DNA of 59,341 nucleotides. Source: a virus (Duplodnaviria; Caudoviricetes). Positions 56,019 to 59,341 of the stretch are shown piece after piece (position 1 is the first letter of the stretch; each line of letters begins with the position of its first letter). Both the position numbers and the translations under genes were made by a program. The notes below the pieces were generated by a model, which ran no database searches, had not been told where the DNA came from, and saw nothing but the letters and a program-made list of their open reading frames with translations. The DNA lies in the IMG/VR virus record IMGVR_UViG_3300043429_000266, positions 1 to 59,341 of that record; one strand, written 5' to 3'.

Positions 56019-56932
56019 TTGATGTCTGCCCGTACAAGCGCCCTGACGAGCGCACCGTGACCTCTCTTGAGGGGTTGCTGTACTTCGTCTGGGAGCGTGA
56101 GGCTATCCGAGTCGCCAAAGAGGGCGGCTGGCAGGTTAATGCGCTCACCAATGACCCTGTGCTCAAGAAGTACAAGTTCACCAATATTCGCCGCCGTGAC
56201 GATCGTGTCTCTCAGTGGATCATTGAGCACTTGATCAAGCCTAACGCTGACCATGAAGATTTGTGGTTTACGTTGCTCATCGCTCGTATCATCAACTGGC
56301 CCCCGACCTTGCAGGCGTTACTGCACGAGAAAGTGATCCCGTGTGCGCCTGAAGACTTTGATGCTGAGTTGTTCTCAGTGACGATTGAGGCGCTCAAGGC
56401 TAATGGCACTAAAGTGTACTCAGGTGCTTACATGGTCTACCCGACCAAGATGGACGTGGGGGGTAACAAGTCTTCCGCTATTGCTAAGCACATCTTAGGC
56501 GGGGTGATTGAGCGCGCTGAAGACATCTGGTCTTCTCTCAACCACCCTGATTCTGATCCTTCGGTTGAACGGTTCGTAGAGTCTCTTTCTAAGTGCTTCG
56601 GCCTGAGCACCTTTATGGCCGGTCAAGTGGCTGCTGATTTGACTTATGGCGACATTGAGTTTGAAGACATTTACAGTTACGCCCCCATCGGCCCAGGAAG
56701 CTCTCGCGGCTTGAACTACTTGAAGGGCCGCCGCCCGTTTGCGAGCTGGGGTCAAGGTGACTTCAACAACGCGCTCATCGAGATTCATCACGAAATTGAA
56801 GAGCATCTTGACATCAAAGACATGACGCTACATGATGTGCAAAATGTTATGTGCGAATTCAGCAAGTATTGCCGCTGTGTCCTGAATGAGGGCGTCCCTA
56901 AAACTATCTACAAACCCGAGGAGTTGTTCTAA
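56015..56932 (+). CDS. 5-hmdU DNA kinase helical-domain protein (aGPT-Pplase1 family)
   Basis: ERE.IR...DPVLKKYKFTNIRRRDDRVSQW, SGAYM, FMAGQVAADL, GPGSSRGL, QNVMCEFSKY. Confidence 0.85.
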   Translation: MIDVCPYKRPDERTVTSLEGLLYFVWEREAIRVAKEGGWQVNALTNDPVLKKYKFTNIRRRDDRVSQWIIEHLIKPNADHEDLWFTLLIARIINWPPTLQALLHEKVIPCAPEDFDAELFSVTIEALKANGTKVYSGAYMVYPTKMDVGGNKSSAIAKHILGGVIERAEDIWSSLNHPDSDPSVERFVESLSKCFGLSTFMAGQVAADLTYGDIEFEDIYSYAPIGPGSSRGLNYLKGRRPFASWGQGDFNNALIEIHHEIEEHLDIKDMTLHDVQNVMCEFSKYCRCVLNEGVPKTIYKPEELF

Positions 56933-57928
56933 ATGGAAATCAACGTACGTAACGTCAATCACGCATTCAGTGATATTTTCTGGAAGCTGAAGGTGATGAA
57001 CCTGAAGCCCGAGCAGACCCGTAACGGCCCTGCTTACGTCATAAACGAGCCGGTCATCACTACCTACCGCTACCCGCAGGAACGCGTATTGTTCCACAAG
57101 GGGCGCGATGCGAACCCGATCTTCCACCTGATGGAGTCGATCTGGATGCTTGCGGGCCGCCGTGATGTGAGTTTCTTGCAGCACTTCAACAGCACTATTG
57201 GTCAGTTCAGCGATGACGGCAAAGTGTTCAACGCTGCGTACGGCTACCGCTGGCGTAGGCATTTTGGCTTTGACCAGCTCGAGGAAACCATCAAGCTCCT
57301 ACGTAAAGACCCGTCAACCCGTCAGGCGGTCATCCAGATGTGGGATCAAGACGACTTGAACAAGCGCACAAAAGACAAGGCGTGTAACACCCAAGTCGTA
57401 TTTGACACTCGCGGGGGTCGCTTGAACATGACCGTGTTCAATCGCTCTAACGACATCTGGTGGGGTGCCTACGGCGCTAACGCTGTGCACTTCAGCTTCC
57501 TGCAAGAGTTCGTCGCCAGCGCGCTCAACATGCACTGCGGTCAGTACCGTCAGGTGAGCAACAACCTGCACTTGTACGTTGATTTGTATGATGCCGCCAA
57601 GTACATTGAAAACCCGCCTACGGTTGAGGACTACGATTTGTACTCACAGGCGGCGGTCGGCCCGCTCCCGATCATGCTCAACGGCGACTACAAATCATTC
57701 CTGCTGGATTGTGAGAAGTTCTGCTGCGATCCGTTTGACCAGTCCGCACAGTACAAGAACCCGTTCTTCACCCACGTGGCTCAACCGATGGCTATGGTCA
57801 GCCGTGTGCGCAAGGTTCGCGCCGGTGACGGAATGGGCTTCGCCGCCAAGATCCGCGCTCAAGACTGGAAGCGCGCGGTGGTTAATTGGATCCACAAGCG
57901 CGAATTGCTTAGGGCCGAGAAAGAGTAA
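56933..57928 (+). CDS. Thymidylate synthase homologue, probable dUMP hydroxymethylase
   Basis: AYGYRWR, TRQAVIQMWD, catalytic ACN, RSND..WG...N (Asn points to dUMP specificity), NLHLY. Confidence 0.88.
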   Translation: MEINVRNVNHAFSDIFWKLKVMNLKPEQTRNGPAYVINEPVITTYRYPQERVLFHKGRDANPIFHLMESIWMLAGRRDVSFLQHFNSTIGQFSDDGKVFNAAYGYRWRRHFGFDQLEETIKLLRKDPSTRQAVIQMWDQDDLNKRTKDKACNTQVVFDTRGGRLNMTVFNRSNDIWWGAYGANAVHFSFLQEFVASALNMHCGQYRQVSNNLHLYVDLYDAAKYIENPPTVEDYDLYSQAAVGPLPIMLNGDYKSFLLDCEKFCCDPFDQSAQYKNPFFTHVAQPMAMVSRVRKVRAGDGMGFAAKIRAQDWKRAVVNWIHKRELLRAEKE

Positions 57929-57942
57929 ATCATGAATACCGG

Positions 57943-57994
57943 CGCGATTTGAAAATACAATCGTGGCGGTATAAAAATTGAGGCTAAAATTCAA
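57943..57994 (+). promoter_or_regulatory. Promoter of the HD/PolB replication operon
   Basis: CGCGATTTGAAAATACAATC...CTAAAAT, twin of 50427-50473. Confidence 0.65.
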
Positions 57995-58170
57995 CTCATG
58001 CTGACGGACAAGTAGGTTTGAAGCCAGTAGCGAACACGAGTAACCTCTAGGGGTGAAGGGCCAGTAGCGAAGACGAAGTAAACTGAATCTCCTGAATGCA
58101 TGTCGGGCAGACGTAAAGGCTGACGCCTCGGAAAGACGAGGGCTTATAACTGAATAACTGGAGTAACTTG

Positions 58171-58296
58171 ATGAAATTTGACACCTCTGAACTTTTGAAG
58201 ATTTTGGCGCACTTGTCCCTTGAGGGCGAGACGTTTGAGATTTGCCGCGCGGCGCTCAAACTTCAAGTCGCCCTGCAAGCTACTCAGCGCGGTTGA
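58171..58296 (+). CDS. 41-aa hypothetical protein (not in the ORF track)
   Basis: MKFDTSELLKIL...; preceded by the same ATAACTGGAG RBS block as the next gene. Confidence 0.55.
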   Translation: MKFDTSELLKILAHLSLEGETFEICRAALKLQVALQATQRG

Positions 58297-58325
58297 TCGT
58301 ATAACTTGATAACTGGAGTAACTTG

Positions 58326-58814
58326 ATGAAAAACACCCTTGAATTTATTATGGCCGGCAGTGAGGTCAAGCGGTATCACACCGTCACCACCCTGCGTGAA
58401 GAAACCGTCGGTCATCATTCACACGGCGTGGCGATGTTGTGTATGGTTTTAACCGACTACCAAGCCAGCTCTCAGCTGCTTGAGTCAGCGTTGATGCATG
58501 ACCTCGCTGAAGCCGTCACCGGTGACATTCCTTCCCCCGCTAAGCGTGAGTACGGTATCGGTGACCAAGTTTCCGCCCTCGAGTTCAGACTCCTACGTGA
58601 TGCGGGCCTGCCGGTTTACACCCTGAACCAAACTGAAGAGCGTATCCTCAAGCTCGCTGACATCGCACAAGGTGCGTTGTTCTGCCTGCGTGAGATCAGC
58701 ATGGGTAACTCTAAAATGCGTATCGTTCTAGATCGCTACATGGCTTACGCTGACAGCATGGTTCTGGTCGGGCGTGAGCGCGAATTGTTTGACACTATTA
58801 AGGAGAAAATGTGA
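58326..58814 (+). CDS. HD-domain 5'-deoxynucleotidase (YfbR-like)
   Basis: VKRYH, ETVGHHS, MHDLAEAVTGDIPSPAK, LKLAD. Confidence 0.88.
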   Translation: MKNTLEFIMAGSEVKRYHTVTTLREETVGHHSHGVAMLCMVLTDYQASSQLLESALMHDLAEAVTGDIPSPAKREYGIGDQVSALEFRLLRDAGLPVYTLNQTEERILKLADIAQGALFCLREISMGNSKMRIVLDRYMAYADSMVLVGRERELFDTIKEKM

Positions 58815-59251
58815 TGACAGCGAACAGTATGCAAATCGGCGGCAACCACTACCGCTCTGGTATCCAGCACTGGGACTTGATGGACGACTACAATGTCGGC
58901 TACCTTGAGGCCGCCGCTACAAAGTACGTCACCCGCTGGCGCAACAAAGACGGCGTCAAAGACTTGCAGAAGGCTTTACACTTCGTCAAGAAGCTCGCCG
59001 AGAAGCGTCAAGACGCGCCTCAAGTTGAGATCTCTGAGCGTATCCCTCAGGTGCCCCGTCAGGCTATCAACAAGTTTCTCGAGGCCAATCAGCTCACCGG
59101 CGACGATGCCGACATCATTAGCCATCTGCTCACTTGGCAGAGCACTGCGACGTTGCACCTTGTTGCGGGCCGAATTCAGCAGCTCATCAACGGCGCTACG
59201 CCTGATGACGGCGCTGAGGCCTCAATCGGTTACGTCAATCAGGATCGTTAA
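58811..59251 (+). CDS. DUF3310-like protein
   Basis: QIGGNHY...KYVTRW..KDG..DLQKA. Confidence 0.8.
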   Translation: MMTANSMQIGGNHYRSGIQHWDLMDDYNVGYLEAAATKYVTRWRNKDGVKDLQKALHFVKKLAEKRQDAPQVEISERIPQVPRQAINKFLEANQLTGDDADIISHLLTWQSTATLHLVAGRIQQLINGATPDDGAEASIGYVNQDR

Positions 59252-59341
59252 TGCGTACTTTCGTGTTCGACATCGAGACACTCCCCAACTACACTCTAGT
59301 GTCCTTCAAGGACATCGAGTCGAAGGAGTATTTCCGCTTCC
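59215..59341. repeat. 127-bp direct terminal repeat (copy 2)
   Basis: Identical to 1-127. Confidence 0.97.

Noticed and set aside
56933-57928. dCMP hydroxymethylase (cytosine modification)
   Set aside because: The specificity position after RSND appears to be Asn rather than Asp, and the neighbouring genes belong to the hmU pathway.
57997-58144. tRNA, hammerhead or HDV-like ribozyme call for the intergenic RNAs
   Set aside because: I could not build a cloverleaf with a T-loop, a CUGANGA/GAAA core or a convincing nested double pseudoknot by eye.
59215-59341. Terminal repeat as a biological direct terminal repeat
   Set aside because: It is exactly 127 bp, a common assembler k-mer length, and it falls inside coding sequence. 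It is most likely a circularisation overlap.

Overview
The window is a complete, circularly assembled genome (about 59,214 bp) of a tailed dsDNA bacteriophage; bases 1-127 recur exactly at 59215-59341. It appears lytic, with no integrase, repressor, tRNA or CRISPR array seen, and its spanins point to a Gram-negative host. The + strand from 50.6 kb through the join to 8.8 kb carries early genes, a thymidine-hypermodification cluster (PLP enzyme, amino-acid:DNA transferase, P-loop kinase, 5-hmdU DNA kinase helical protein, dUMP hydroxymethylase, HD nucleotidase) and replication/recombination genes (PolB, AAA ATPase, SSB, Cas4-like nuclease, RuvC-like resolvase). The - strand from 50.3 to 8.8 kb carries helicase, primase-helicase, terminases, a GIY-YIG homing endonuclease, portal, a GroES-like co-chaperonin, a Mu-gpT-like capsid, podovirus-type tail and ejection proteins, tail fibres and a lysis cassette. 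The main observations are: (1) the hypermodification pathway sits in a podovirus-like genome; (2) CCNGG is purged genome-wide and tolerated almost only as TCCWGG/CCWGGA, even at Pro-Gly codons where it cannot be avoided; (3) twin promoters, structured RNA leaders and ATAACT repeats precede the replication operons; (4) a shared AxGG peptide tag occurs on several probable virion proteins, one with two ADP-ribosyltransferase-like domains. All calls come from motif recognition by eye; no searches were run.
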